Assembly: GCA_026770705.1 (NCBI GenBank)
Contig: JANJGN010000052.1
Location: 806,001-870,000, forward strand
Source of the DNA: Isurus oxyrinchus
Lineage: Eukaryota
Length of the DNA stretch: 64,000 nt
Direction: 5' to 3'
Position 1 is the stretch's first letter. The number at the start of each line of letters is the position of its first letter. Shown piece after piece: positions 11,428-24,577 of the stretch. The translations under genes were made by a program, and so were the position numbers. Below the pieces are notes generated by a model, which saw only the letters and a program-made list of their open reading frames with translations, did no database searches and was not told the origin of the DNA.

Positions 11428-14400
11428 GTTCCACACTGATGGTTATGAACCCATCCACTGCTCCATGTTCTTTCTCTGCCACACACTGATAGTCTCCAGT
11501 GTCCCTGGATGTAACATGAGGAATCACCAACCACAGCTCATTGTTGGAACTTGTTCTGTTCATTTGGACATTCAGATGTCATGGCAGGAATCAAGAAGCC
11601 CGTTCACAAGATTACCAACAGAAAGTGAACAACAATTTATACTTAATGGGAAGAGAGTGCTGATTGGTTGGCAAGTGGTCTCTGATAGGTGGAGATGTTG
11701 CCATGGAGAATGGTGTGTGCGAGATGTAAAGTTTAGACAGCTTGTCTCTTCATTCAGCAATAATCAAATAAAGATCAATTAACTTCTATCGACTTTGAAG
11801 CACTTAGAGAGGCCTTAGAATGTGGATACTGAGAACGGGCTGCACTGTCAGAGGGTCAGTGCTAAGGGAGTGCTGATGTAGAATGAATGGTGCATGTAAT
11901 TACCTTGCACAGTTAGTACGAGGGTCCGCTCCGATGAAACAGATGGATATCTCACTCTGCAGCTGAGAGTGTGTCCGTGGTGTTTGAGTGATGGGATCAG
12001 GGTCAGAACAGAAGTATAGGTCAGAGTGACACCATGCTGAGTTACAGTGTTTGAGACTGATCCAGGTACGTCAGTGGGAGTGTCCCAGGTTAAGACAGGT
12101 GCTGCTGTTCCATTGTACGTTGTGTTGAAGGTGCAGCTTACATCCACACGCTTTTCTGCAATAATTTCAGCAGGGAATATCGTGGGTTTATCTGTGAAAT
12201 CTAACACACAGAGAATGGATCATTTTAGAGAAATATAACGTGAAGCATCAGTTCAAATAGAAACCACAGTCCCACACGAGAAAGCACTTTGACAAGGATG
12301 ATATCAGAACTGAGAGGTTACAACGATCAGGAAAGATTTTCTTGCTCTTTGGCAGTAGTGTTTCTGTCTCTCAGCTTAATACACGTTCACTCCGAGACAT
12401 GTGAATTGAGAACACTGGATGAGAGAAGAGGCTGAGACCAGAGATTGGAGTTAAAAGCAGAATACTGTGGATGCTGGAAATCTGAAACAAAAACAAAAAT
12501 TGCTGGAAAGACTCAGCAGGTCTGACAGTATCAGTGGAGAGGAAGACAGGGTTAACGTTTCGAGTCCGTATGACTCTTCATCAGACCAGAGGTTTGAGTT
12601 CACTGGCTTCTCATTTCCTCAGTGATCTGGGTGATTTATCACCTTGTGGTTTGTTGGATCTTGCTGTGCACAAACTGCCTGCTGTGTTTTACATCTGTGA
12701 CTACAATTCAGGAATAATTTCATTGGCTGTGAAGGGATTTGGATTCTCCTGAGGTGGTAAATTGCGCTGCAGAAATGCACATCTTTCTTTTATCGATACG
12801 TCAGACTTTTAAACAGGACAGGAGAGATTGATGGGTGTGGTAATCTGAGAATACAGTTAATGCTTTTCATCAGTGATACTAAAGTGAGTATTGGAGGTTG
12901 CTTTTGGACTGAACTGGAAGCTATCACCAGGTTATTGAGAATCAGACAGTGTGTTATAATAAGCTGTGTTTTGTGTTAATATGTAAATGTCACAGTTTGT
13001 GTTATTCCCATTGAGTGTTGAATGTGAATTGTTGAGTAATTATAACACAGCACTTACCAGAAACGTGAAGCTGGGTTACAGGATAGTAGCTGTAACTATT
13101 CCTGCTGTCAAATTCTATTCTGAAAAAAATAAGGTCCTGCATCTTTCCGTCTGATGTTGTTTATAATCAGGGAACAGTCGCCATCTTTCAGGTCTCCAAA
13201 CAGCCGGGTACGATGGCGGAATCTTTGATCCCTGTGACTGTGACCCTCGGAGTGAAAGGCTATAGACCATTTAGGCTGTAGGGTTCCCATCTATTCCTTT
13301 CAACCAGATTCCGACACGTGATCTCCCTACGAAATGTGATGATTAACTGTAATGACATGGAATTTGTACACAGGAACCTTCCTGCGCTGTCACCTCTCGT
13401 GGAGTGTCGCCTTTCCACTCTTGTGACAGTCCAATTGGAGAGAGAAATGTCAATATTTAACTCTGGAAGGTTTGTAGATCCAGTAGACTCGATATCCACC
13501 CCCTCCATCACTGGGGCACAGTGGCTGCAGTGTGGACCATCTACAGGACACACATGGAATTCCCCAAGGTTTCACAATGGATGGAAGAGAATCCTGGACA
13601 CAGGAGTGGACAAGTTCATTCTACATTGGCTCATGGTCCTCAGGACCCTGTTTAGTGAAGCCAGTCTTCCACCCAACACAGTGTCTACAAGATACACAGG
13701 GAAACTGTGTAAATATCTCATCTCTCTAAACTGACTGGCTTGGCTTCGGTTTAACTTTCAGTATTTTTAAATTTCCATATTGTGGTTGCTATGGTGAAAC
13801 TGTGCAGGAAGAGTGAGGGCTGGACTCTCTGTCTATTCTCACTGCATCTGTGATGTGGTCGTGGTGATTCTCAGTAAAATGAAACCCTCTGATCTCCTCC
13901 ATCCCCGAGGTTTAGGGAGTGAATTCCAGAGCTCAGGCCCCAGGCAGCTGAAGGCACGGCCGCCAGTATTGGAGTGATGGGAATCGGGGGATGGTCAAGA
14001 GGCCGGAATTGGAGTGACACAGAGATCTGGGAAGTTGTTTGGTTGAGTTGCAGGAGGTTTCAGAGATTAAGAGATAAGAATGATCTTTTACAAAGACTGT
14101 TAAACATAAATCTGTCTGAGCTGATGATGATATTACCTTGGGAAAGTGACAAGAGGAAGTAGATTTCCCGATCATCGTCCACTCCCAGATATTCCATCCA
14201 CTTCTCACTCTCAAGCTGTGAAAGAGAAAGGAGTTAATGAGACGTCACCTCTTGTCCGAATGCTCTCGAGAGATCAGAACTGCTTTTAGACAATGTCTTC
14301 ACAGACTAATTTGATTCTCTGTGGGATGATAGGTGCTCTGCAGAGAGTTACAAGGCTTTAAGAAAGAAGAACATTGAAGGATTTGCATTTCTATAGCACC

Positions 14401-15045
14401 TTTCACCACCTCAAGACGCTCATGTTTTGAGATCTTGGTGAACTGTTAACCGTTTGTGTCCTGACCCTGTGGTGATATTTCTGCTCAGAGGTGGACAGTC
14501 ATTGACCAGGAGTTTCTCCTGTGGGTCAGTGGGTTTCACAGCCAAATTCAGGGGCTCAGAACATTGTGGGATTCAAGACCCCATTCAGGGGACGTCTGCC
14601 CCACAGAGTAGACTGAAACTCCCCAGTGTCAGTACTGAGCAAGTGCTGCACTGTGGGATGGTCATTACTGAGCAAGTGTTGCACTATTGTAAGGTCAGTA
14701 CTGAGGGGGATCTCCACTGTTGGAGGGTCAGTACTGAGGGAGTGCTGCACTGTCAGAGGGACATTTATCAGGGAGTGCTGCACTGTTGGAGGGTCAGTAC
14801 TGAGGGAGTACTGCACTGTCAGAGGGACATTAATCAGGGAGTGCTGCACTGTTAGAGGATCAGTACTGAGGGAGTGCCGCACTGTTGAAGGGTCAGTATT
14901 AAGGTGCTGATTTAGAAGACAGGACAATGTATTAGGAGCCCTCAGAACTTCCCCCGTGATTTCCAATCGATCCGTTACTTACCCAGGACCTGTCTGACTG
15001 CTTGACTGGGGAGGAACTGCCCACACGCTCTGCTTGGGCTGAATG
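11428..15045 (-). pseudogene. Siglec-like pseudogene A: noncoding exon 1 (14983-~15045), leader (14137-14215), V (13058-13434), C2a (11904-12200), 5'-truncated C2b (11428-~11582)
   Basis: Relative to gene B: 1-bp deletion in the leader, V acceptor AG changed to AA, in-frame TAA and an extra base before the essential Arg in V, C2a interdomain Cys changed to Tyr (TTYNG), and the 5' half of C2b missing. Confidence 0.88.
14625..14905. repeat. 33-bp minisatellite array
   Basis: Tandem cagtactgagggagtgctgcactg units. Confidence 0.9.
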
Positions 15046-16780
15046 GGCCTCCTCCTGTTCCTGTGTAACAGGCTTGATGGGGCTGAATGGGCCTCCTCCT
15101 ATTCCTGTGTAACAGGCTTGAGGGGGCTGAATGGGCCTCCTCCTGTTCCTGTGTTATAGGCTCGAGGGGCTGAGTGGGCCTTCTCCTGTTCCTGTGTAAC
15201 AGGCTTGAGGGGGCTGAATGGGCCTCCTCCTGCTCCTGTGTTATAGGCTCGAGGGGCTGAGTGGGCCTCCTCCTGTTCCTGTGTAAAAGGCTAAAGGGGC
15301 TGAATTGGCCTTCCCCAGTTCCTGTGTACCAGGCTCGAGTACATTAGGAGCATCATTGGGAGCAGCATTTCACTTGCACTTTCCTCAATTTAATCTACTG
15401 CCTTCACTGCTCCCAATGTGGTCTCCTCTACATGGGACAGACCAAACACAGACTGGGTGATCGCTCTGATGAACACCTTCGGTCTGTCCACAAGCATGAC
15501 CCAGACCTCCCTGTCACTTGCCATTTTAACACCCCACCCTGCTCTCATGCCCACATGTCTGTCCTTGGCCTGCTGCATTGTTCCAGTGAAGCCCAACACA
15601 AACTGGAGGAACAACACCTCATCTTCCGACCAGGCACTTTACAGCCTTCCGGACTGAATATTGAGTTCAACAATTTCAGATCATGAACTCTCTCCTCCAT
15701 CCCCACCCCCTTTCCAATCTCCATTTTTCCAATAATTTATCATTTTTAATATTTTTTTTTATTTATATATTTTTCTTTTCCCACCTATTTCCATTATTTT
15801 TAAATGTTTTACATCTGTTGTTGTATCTCTACCTTTTAGCCGATTTCAATCCTTTCCCCCCACCCCACCCCCACTAGGACTATCTGTCTCTTGCTCGTCC
15901 TGCTTTCTACCCTTAATGTCCCCATTAGCACATTCCTCAGATAATATCACCACCGTCAACACCCCTTTGTCCTTTTGTCTATCACATCTTTGGCAACCTC
16001 TTCTTTACCTCCACCTATCACTGGCCCACAATCCAGCTCTACCTGCCCCACCCCCTCTACCAGCTAAAACGTCACCTCATTTCTCGATTCCCTTAGTTCT
16101 GATGAAGAGTCATACAGACCCAAAATGTCAAGTGTGTTCCTCTCCGCAGATCCTGTCAGACCTGCTGAGTTTTTCCAGCTATTTTTGTTTTTGCTCCTGT
16201 TCTTGTGGAACAGGCTTGAGCGGCTGAATGGAGCCCCTAATTGTTCCTGTGTAACAAGCTTGTGGAGGCTGAATGGGTCTCCTGTACCTGTGTAACAGGC
16301 TCAAGCGGACAGAATGGGCCTCCTCCTGTTCCTGTGTAACAGGCTCAAGGAGGGTGAATGGGCCTCCTCCTGTTCCTGTGTAACAGGTTCAAGGGGACAG
16401 AATGGGCCTCCTCCTGTTCCTGTGTAACAGGCTCAAGAGGACAGAATGGGCCTCCTCCTGTTCCTGTGTAACAGGCTCGAGGGGCTGAATGTCCTCCTCT
16501 CATTAAAAATAAATACTGCAGATGCTGTAAATCTGAAATAAAAACAGAAAATGCTGCATTAACTCAGCAGGTCTGGCAGCAGCTGTGGAGAGAGAAACAG
16601 AGTTTTTGCTTTGAGACTCTGAAGAAGGGTCATACAGACTCAAAATGTTATTTCTGTTTATCTCTGCACAGATGCTGCCAGACCTACTCAGTTTCTCCAG
16701 CATTTTCTGTTTTTATTTCAGGTGCCCTCTTGTTCCTGTGTAGCAGGCTCGAGGGGGCTGAATGGCCACCTCCTGTTCCG
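15036..16780. repeat. ~44-bp tandem repeat (gggctgaatgggcctcctcctgttcctgtgtaacaggctc) interrupted by Penelope pieces
   Basis: Units start at 16357, 16401 and 16445 (period 44). Blocks at 15036-15340, 16195-16500 and 16725-16780. Confidence 0.88.
15355..16195 (+). mobile_element. Penelope-like element 3' fragment (GIY-YIG endonuclease)
   Basis: LYMGQTKHRLGDR..EHLRSV..PVTCHFN..LEEQHLIFR.GTLQP.GLNIEF in and just upstream of ORF 15432-15686. Confidence 0.85.
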
Positions 16781-17836
16781 AGTCAATGGGCAGTCAAAGC
16801 ATGTGTCTGATTTGGGACCTCGAACCCAAATCTGTCCTCACCTCATTAACAGAGAAAATGACCAGTTACAGATCAATGCAGGAGGATTATTTATTTTCCC
16901 AATCTTTGAATCAAGTATCTCATCAAACATAGAGCAGAACCAGGATCAAGGATGTTGGTCTCTGTGATCTGTAACACATCGCACAGTCCACCCATCCACT
17001 CAGCCTTCAGGATGGATGCTCATTGTACTCTCCAAGTGTGAAAGACTAAAATGGTGGTTTATTGCAGCTCTATCTCATTCTGTTATCAAAGCTGTCTCAT
17101 CCATCCATGACATATTGAAGAAGATAAACCTGCAACCAATTTTTCACATCATAGTTTTCAATGTTCATTGGCAACATGAATGTAAACATGTCACGCTGAA
17201 ATGATGTCCTCCTACCAGTGGTGGCACTGTAGCACATCTGTTATCCTCTGAGCTGCAGAGAATTTCTCAAATCTCCAATCAAATTGTTTCCCTGTTTCCC
17301 AGATTCTTGTTTGTTTCGCTGTTTAACGATGAAGTGTAAAATCCAAATATATTTCTGAAAATACATTTGACTACAAAACGGTGAGTAAATTTTACCAATC
17401 TCCTCTGCTCCAATTATCCACCGATCCTGCATTTCCTGAAGTCTGCACTGGCTGATGAATATTCTGTAAACACTGACAGACAGAACGGTGAATAACAGAA
17501 TGAAAATTAACTCATAATCATGGACACGGGATTGAATTTGTCCGTTCTGTCCTGGTACATCATCGAACGATATCTAAAGACATTTACAATCAGAATGGAG
17601 AGAAGGATGTTTCCAACAGTGAGGGACAATTCTGAAGGAGGATGTTCGAATTGAAACCCACAGACAATCATCCTGGATAGATCATTCCGAAGAAATTCCA
17701 TCAGATTGTAACAAGAGATTTAAATCTATTTCCTGGGAGTGAGTTCCTGTGGATATTAGGAAGGTAAATTGGAGTTTTGAATGATTCTCCCGTTCTGTAT
17801 TCTCCCCACACTGTGTGTGTCTCATTCTTGCTCAGT

Positions 17837-17953
17837 TTATAAATTCCCATAAACAGAATCCTCAGCAAATTCACAGTTTGCGTAAAGATCATCATCTGTA
17901 TCAGGATTGACTCCGCGGTTAGATTTCATTTCCAGATCCTTCTCATCTTTCTT
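17837..17953 (-). CDS. Orphan terminal cytoplasmic exon with tyrosine motifs
   Basis: Acceptor ttctattacag, then phase 0 KKDEKDLEMKSNRGVNPDTDDDLYANCEFAEDSVYGNL*. SVYGNL fits the ITIM consensus. Confidence 0.7.
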   Translation of the reverse strand, partial: KKDEKDLEMKSNRGVNPDTDDDLYANCEFAEDSVYGNL

Positions 17954-18049
17954 CTGTAATAGAAACAGAAATGATCAGAGTGACAATCAGAGTGATCAGT
18001 GTTTAGTATTATTGATCCAAATCGAAAATTCCACCCATAATAGATACAT

Positions 18050-18453
18050 TAATTATTGATACTGAACAGGGTTTGATTATTAATACTGAACGGGGTTTGA
18101 TTATTGATTCTGAACGGGGTTTGATTATTGATACGGAACGGGGTTTGATTATTGATTCTGAAGAGGGTTTGATTATTGATACTGAACGGGGTTTGATTAT
18201 TGATTCTGAACGGGGTTTGATTATTGATACTGAACGGGGTTTGATTATTGATTCTGAAGAGGGTTTGATTATTGATTCTGAACGGGGTTTGATTATTGAT
18301 TCTGAACGGGGTTTGATTATTGATACTGAACGGGGTTTGATTATTGATACTGAACGGGGTTTGATTATTGATTCTGAACGGGGTTTGATTATTGATTCTG
18401 AACGGGGTTTGATTATTGATACTGAACGGGGTTTGATTATTGATTCTGAACGG
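18050..18453. repeat. 24-bp minisatellite (ttgattattgattctgaacggggt), about 17 copies
   Basis: Direct tandem units; 8-aa periodicity in the ORFs. Confidence 0.95.
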
Positions 18454-18586
18454 TGTTGGGTGTGAGTTTGGTTGGGTTTGGGAGTGACTGTATAAAACAT
18501 TGCAGATACAGGACTGGAGCAGCCATATCAATAACCAGGCTACTGGAGCAGCTGAGAGGCTGGGGATCCTGTGGTGTGTGACTCAC

Positions 18587-18691
18587 CCGATTCCTCAAAG
18601 CCCAACCACGCTCACAGTTTTCATAAACAGGACCTCGATATTCATCAACACGATGGTTCGATTTGATTCCTGCTTTCCCCTCGCCTCTCTT
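18587..18691 (-). CDS. Orphan internal cytoplasmic exon (phase 0-0)
   Basis: ctctattacag|KRGEGKAGIKSNHRVDEYRGPVYENCERGWALRNR|gtgagt, 105 nt. Its acceptor region resembles that of 17837-17953. Confidence 0.65.
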
Positions 18692-19037
18692 CTGTAATAG
18701 AGATGGAAATGGACAGAGTGACAATCAACATGATGTGTATTCGGTGTTGGGTTTGATTATTGGGGAGAGAGTTCCAGATTTCCACTCCCCTTTGTGTGAA
18801 GAAGTGCTTCCTGACATCACCCCTGAACGGCCTGGCTCCAATCTGAAGTTCCGGCCCCCTTGTTCTGGACTCCACCCGACCCCCACCACCCACCCCCACC
18901 CGAGGGAATAGCTTCTCTCTATCGACCCTATCGAGTGTTTAATCAGTTTGAACCCCTCAGATAGATCACTCCTTAATCTTCTAGACCTGAGGGGATATAA
19001 TCGTAGACTGTGTGTAACCTGTCTGCATAATTTAACC

Positions 19038-19330
19038 AGAAAGATGTTCTGTACAACAGACTTGAGCCTCACACCCTGATCTCAATAATCAGTAGAAATC
19101 TTTCAAAGGCATCAATCATTGGAATCTGTCTTTATAAAGTCACAACATCAACAAAGGACGGTGTTGGTGGTGGAAGTGAATTCCAATCGTTCCGTTACTT
19201 ACCCAGTACCTGTCCGACTGCTCGCCTGGGGAGGAACTGCCCACACGCTCTGCTTGGGCTGAATGACCTCTTCCTGTGCTGCTCCCTCTGTGTATTTAAT
19301 GAGAAAGGGTTGATGTGTCTCTGTGAGTCA
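19038..19330 (-). promoter_or_regulatory. Duplicate of the Siglec promoter, noncoding exon 1 and intron 1 start
   Basis: Near-identical to 29866-30160: donor after 19203, GGAA ETS-like site, AT-rich box near 19295. Confidence 0.6.
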
Positions 19331-20229
19331 AATCATGAATTGGGGAACAATTGTGAAAACCCTTTCATTGAAACGTAGGGTCTTAGTGTTGTGTTGTAAG
19401 CAAACCGTTAACCCTTTGTGTCCTGACTCTGTGACGTGATTCCTGTGTAAAGCTGAGCAGTCGTTGAGCAAGTTTCATTTCACTGCTCATTCCAGGTGTT
19501 GAGGTGGATCTTCTGAAGGAGCAGATGTTGCTCAGCGCTCCTTAAAAATGTGAGACACTGAACAACGTGTAAGAGGACGAGAGAGAGAGAATGAGAAGGA
19601 GAGCATTAGTGGAGATAAGAGAGAGAGTGAATGCGACAGGGAAAATGGAAAGAGATTGCATTCACTAACAAAAGAAAGGTTTTCATTTATATAGCACATT
19701 TCGCATCATCAGGAAGTCACAAGGTATTTTATGGTCCAGGTCAACACTGCCAGTTACAGGACTGAGTTGTGAAACAGTGAGTGTTGGATGAGATGGTAAA
19801 CAGTGAGTGAACATCAAAGCTCTTCAGGGGCTGTGAAGGGTTTTGGGTTGTGAAAGTTGCTATAGAAACGCAAGTTCTTTCGAAAAGGAGAGAAAGTTGA
19901 AGAAAACATGTTCAAAGACAACCAATTAAACCTTCACACTTACTTTCTCACACACTTGAAGATGAAGAATCCACTCAGTCCAACACTCAAACAGATTCCA
20001 GCTCCAAGCAATCCTGCTTTCCATTCATTGGAATCTCGCCCTGTAAAATCAGCCAATGAATGACTCCGGTACAGTTTGAGAATGGTTCCCTATGTACATG
20101 TAGTAATTCTGAACTTGTGAAGTGATATTGTCTATGCATGAAAGGTCTATACAAATAACATTTATCTATGTAATATTTATTGATAATATCCATGTACATG
20201 CAGGTTTCTATAAGGAGGATTCACATATA

Positions 20230-21262
20230 ACAGGTGCCAAGCTGCTGAGGTGACACACAGGACTACATACACACCAAACAGCGGAAACAACATGCTATAG
20301 ACAGAGCAAAGCGATCCCACAACCAACGGGTCAGATCTAAGCTCTGCAGTCCTGCCACATCCAGTCATGAATGGTGATGGACAATTAAAGATCTAACAGG
20401 AGGAGGATGTTCCACAAATATCCCCATCCTTAATGATGGGGGAGCTCAGCACATCAGTGCAAACGACAAGGCTGAAGCATTGGCAACCATGTTCAGCCAG
20501 AAGTGCTGAGTGGATGCTCCATCTCGGCCTCCTCCAGAGGGTCCCAGCATCACAGATGTCAGCTTTCAGACAATTCGATTGACTCCACGTGACATCAGGA
20601 ATCAGCTGATGATACTGGATACAGCAAAGGCTATTGGCCCTGGCAACAGCCCGGCAACAGGAAATAATGTGGCTACAAATGCGGGTAAGAGGCTGGGAAC
20701 TCTGTGGTGAGTCATTCAACTCCTGACTCTCCAATGCCTGTCCACCATCGACAAGGCACAAGTCAGGATTGTGATGGAATAATCTCCACTTGGCTGGATG
20801 AGTGCAGCTCCAACAACACTCAAGAACATCAACACCATCCAGGAGCAGCTTGTTTGATCGACAGCCCATCCACCAGCATGAACATTCATACCCTCCACCA
20901 CTGGCACACAATGGCAGCAGTGTGTGCACCATCTACAAGATGCACTGCAGCAACTCACCAAGGCTCCTTCGACAGCACCTTCCAAACTCTTAACCTCTTC
21001 CACCAAGACAGTTCCAACTCAGTGTGGTGTGTGATTTGGAAGTGAACTTGAGGTGGTGGTCTGCCCTGGGACTTGGAACTATATCGGCCGTTCCTTCACC
21101 ATCACTGGGACAAAATCCTGGAACTCCCTCCCTAACAGCACTGTGGGTGCGCCTACACCACATGGACTGCAGTGGTTAAAGAAGGCAGCTCACCACCACC
21201 TTCTCAAGGGGCAGTTACAGATGGGCAATAATTTCTGGTCTTGTCAACAATGCCCACATCCC
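20230..21262 (+). mobile_element. CR1-group LINE fragment with internal deletions
   Basis: Same family as 4107-5190 (acaaatatccccatcct...), with the 3' end ctccctccctaacagcactgtggg. Confidence 0.8.
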
Positions 21263-21304
21263 ATGAGCTAATAACACGAGAACGTTCAATTCTGTGTAAC
21301 TCAC

Positions 21305-21586
21305 GTTCCACAGAGATGGTTATAAATCCCTCCACTGCTCCATGTTCATTCTCTGTCACACACTGATAGTCTCCAGTGTCCCTGGATGTAACGTGAGGAA
21401 TCACCAACCACAGCTCATTGTTGGAACTTGTTCTGTTCATTGGGACATTAAGATGTCGCCACGTCAGGTTAGAAGCTGGGAAGCTCTCGACAGAGCAGAT
21501 TATCACTGCAGAATTCCCCTCAATTATATTGATCGATGAAGCATTAATCATATCAAGAGAAGTAACTGAGAGATTCCGTGGAGCAT
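21305..21586 (-). CDS. Siglec-like gene B, C2-set Ig exon (last C2b copy)
   Basis: 282 nt, phase 1-1, AG/GT sites; APRNLS..IICSVESFPASNLTW..DTGDYQCVTENEHG..ISVE. Confidence 0.9.
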
Positions 21587-22328
21587 CTAAAAACAAATAA
21601 AGATTTTAATGTGAGCAAGCACAGTGCACAGCAAGACTCCATGCATCATCTCTCTGTATCTGATATTGGAATGCATTTCCAGGTACCTTCCCTCAGGAAA
21701 AAATACTGCCACATTTATAATGGGCACTTCCTATGTAAACTGTCACACTGCAGTTGCATTCTCCCACCAACAGAGTTGCTGTCCACCTAGAATGAAAGAA
21801 ACATCCTTTAACACTCTCAAGATGCCCCCAAGGGATTGAAAGCCCGTGAATTGTATTTGATTGATGGAGCACTGAGGAGTAAATCTACAATTCTCCGTTC
21901 AGGAAGTTGCTCATCCAATTCAGGATCTTGCTGATCTGGAGTTTACCTTCCTTCAACACAGAATCAGAGCTGATACCGAGACTCCAGTGCAGCACTGAGA
22001 GAGGGGAGGGATCTCACACTTGTGTGTGTGTGTGTATTTCTGCACAAGTGAGTTTGTATTTGTGTGTATGCGCGTGTCTGTCTGCGCATGTGTGGGCATG
22101 CGTGTGTATGTGGGTCTTGTGTGTACATCTGTGCTTGAATGAGTGTGTGTGTATACGTGTGTCTACGTGTGCGCATGAATGATTGTACGTGTGAGTTGAG
22201 TTTGTGTGTGTTTCTGTGTATGTGTTTGAATGTATGTTTGTGTGTAAACGTGCATGTTTGTGTCTACACATGAGTGTTTTTGCATGTGTGAGTGTGTGTG
22301 TGTGATGTAGATGTCTGTGTGCACTCAC

Positions 22329-22610
22329 ATTCCACAGTGATGGTTATGAATCCCTCCACTGCTCCATGTTCATTCTCTGCCACACACTGATAGTCTCCAG
22401 TGTCCCTGGATGTAAGGTGAGGAATCACCAACCACAGCTCATTGTTGGAACTTGTTCTGTTCATTGGGACATTAAGATGTCGCCACGTCAGGTTAGAAGC
22501 TGGGAAGCTCTCGACAGAGCAGATTATCACTGCAGAATTCCCCTCAATTATATTGATCGATGAAGCATTAATCATTTCAAGCGAAGTAAATGAGAGATTC
22601 TGTGGTGCAT
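22329..22610 (-). CDS. Siglec-like gene B, C2b exon copy
   Basis: 282 nt, phase 1-1, intact C-W-DxGxYxC Ig core. Confidence 0.9.
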
Positions 22611-23210
22611 CTAAAAACAAATCAAGTGTTTAATGTGAGCAAGCTCAATTTACAGCAAGACTCCATGCATCATCTCTCTGTATCTGATGTCTGTATGCAA
22701 TTCCGGGTACCTTCCCTCCTTATAACTTCCACTGTCAAATTTATAATGGACACTGCCTATGTAAACAGTCAAACTGCAGTTACATTCTCCCACCAGTAGA
22801 GGTGCTGTCCACCTAGAATGAAAGAAACTTTCACATCCTCTGGATTTTGCCAAGGGATTTACGGGAATGAATTGTATTTGATCGATGGAGCACTGAGGGG
22901 TAAATCTACAATTCTCTGTTCAGGAGGTTGCTCATCCAATTCAGGGTCTTGCTGATCTGGAGTTTACCTTCCTTCAACACAGAATCAGAGCTGATACCAA
23001 GACTCCAGTGCGGCACTGAGAGAGGAGAGGGACCTCATGTGTGTGTATGTGTTTGTGTTTATGTTTCTGCACAAGTGAGTGTGTTTGTGTGAGTATGCAC
23101 GCATGCGTCTGTGTGTGCGTGTGTGTATGTGTTTGCTCATATGTGAGTGTGTCTTTGTGTATATTTCTGTGCATGAGTGAATGTGTGTGTATGTTTATGA
23201 GTATGTGTGT

Positions 23211-23273
<63 letters not shown>

Positions 23274-23299
23274 TGATGTTGAAGTTTGCAGTAACTCAC

Positions 23300-23581
23300 G
23301 TTCCACAGTGATGGTTATGAACCCCTCCACTGCTCCATGTTCATTCTCTGCCACACACTCATAGTCTCCAGTGTCCCTGGATGTAACGTGAGGAATCACC
23401 AACCACAGCTCATTGTTGGAACTTGTTCTGTTCATTGGGACATTAAGATGTCGCCACGTCAGGTTAGAAGCTGGGAAGCTCTCGACAGAGCAGATTATCA
23501 CTGCAGAATTCCCCTCAATTACATCAATCGATAAAGCGTTAATCACACCAAGAGAAGTAATTGAGAGATTCCGTGGTGCAT
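23300..23581 (-). CDS. Siglec-like gene B, C2b exon copy
   Basis: 282 nt, phase 1-1, intact Ig core. Confidence 0.9.
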
Positions 23582-24181
23582 CTATAAACATAGAAAGATT
23601 TTAATATGAGCAAATATAGTGCACAGCAAGACTCCATGCATCATGTCTCTGTATCTGATGTCTGAATGCATTTCCAGGTACATTCCCTCAGGATAAGAAC
23701 TTATTTCACATTTACAATGGGCACTGCCTATGTAAACTGTCACACTGCAGTTACATTCTCCCACCAGTGGAGGTGTCCATCTAGAATGCAGGAAACTCCC
23801 TTTCAGATCCTCAGGATGTCCGCAAGGGCTTCAAAGGCAATGAATTGTATTTGATCAATGGAGCACTGAGGGGTAAATCTACAATTCACTGTTCAGGAGG
23901 TTGCTCCATGCAGTTCAGTGTCTTGATGATCTGGAGTTTACCTTCCTTCAACACAGATTCGGAGCTGATACTGAGACTCCAGTGCAGCACTGGGAGAGGA
24001 GAAGGAACCCACATGTTTTTGTGTGTGTATGTGTGTGTTGGCTTGTGTGTGTATGTTTCTGTAAAATAAGGATCTGTGTGTGTGCACGCACTCATGTGTG
24101 TTTGTGTGTGTGTGCGCACGTGTGTCTGTCTATGCATGTGTGTGTGTGTGCTTGTGTGAGTTGAGATTGTGTATGTTTCTG

Positions 24182-24232
<51 letters not shown>

Positions 24233-24265
24233 GTGTGAGTGATGTTGAAGTTTGCATTAACTCAC

Positions 24266-24358
24266 ATTCCACAGTGATGGTTATGAACCCCTCAATTATA
24301 TTGATCGATGAAGCATTAATCATATCAAGCGAAGTAAATGAGAGATTCTGTGGTACAT
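24266..24358 (-). CDS. Siglec-like gene B, internally deleted C2b mini-exon (31 aa)
   Basis: 93 nt encoding DVPQNLSFTSLDMINASSINIIEGFITITVE; both splice sites intact and frame preserved. Confidence 0.7.
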
Positions 24359-24577
24359 CTAAGAACAATTAAAGATTTCATTGTGAACAAGACTCAGTAC
24401 TGAGGGAGTGCTGCAGTGTTGGAGAATCAGTATTCAGGGACTGCTGCAGTGTCAGAGGTGAATTTGTATCAGTTAAAGACTATTGATTTGTTGCTAAACG
24501 CAATGCAGTTGTGGGATCTTGCAATGTACTATGTAGAGCTTTCTAGCTAATGTAGAATGAAGGGTGTCCATTCTTAC

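Noticed and set aside
18009-18531. Repetitive ORFs or a CRISPR-like array
   Set aside because: 24-bp head-to-tail minisatellite with no unique spacers, in a eukaryotic intron.
20177-20368. Hydrophobic minus-strand ORF as the missing TM exon of gene B
   Set aside because: It is the antisense of LINE sequence and lacks convincing splice sites.
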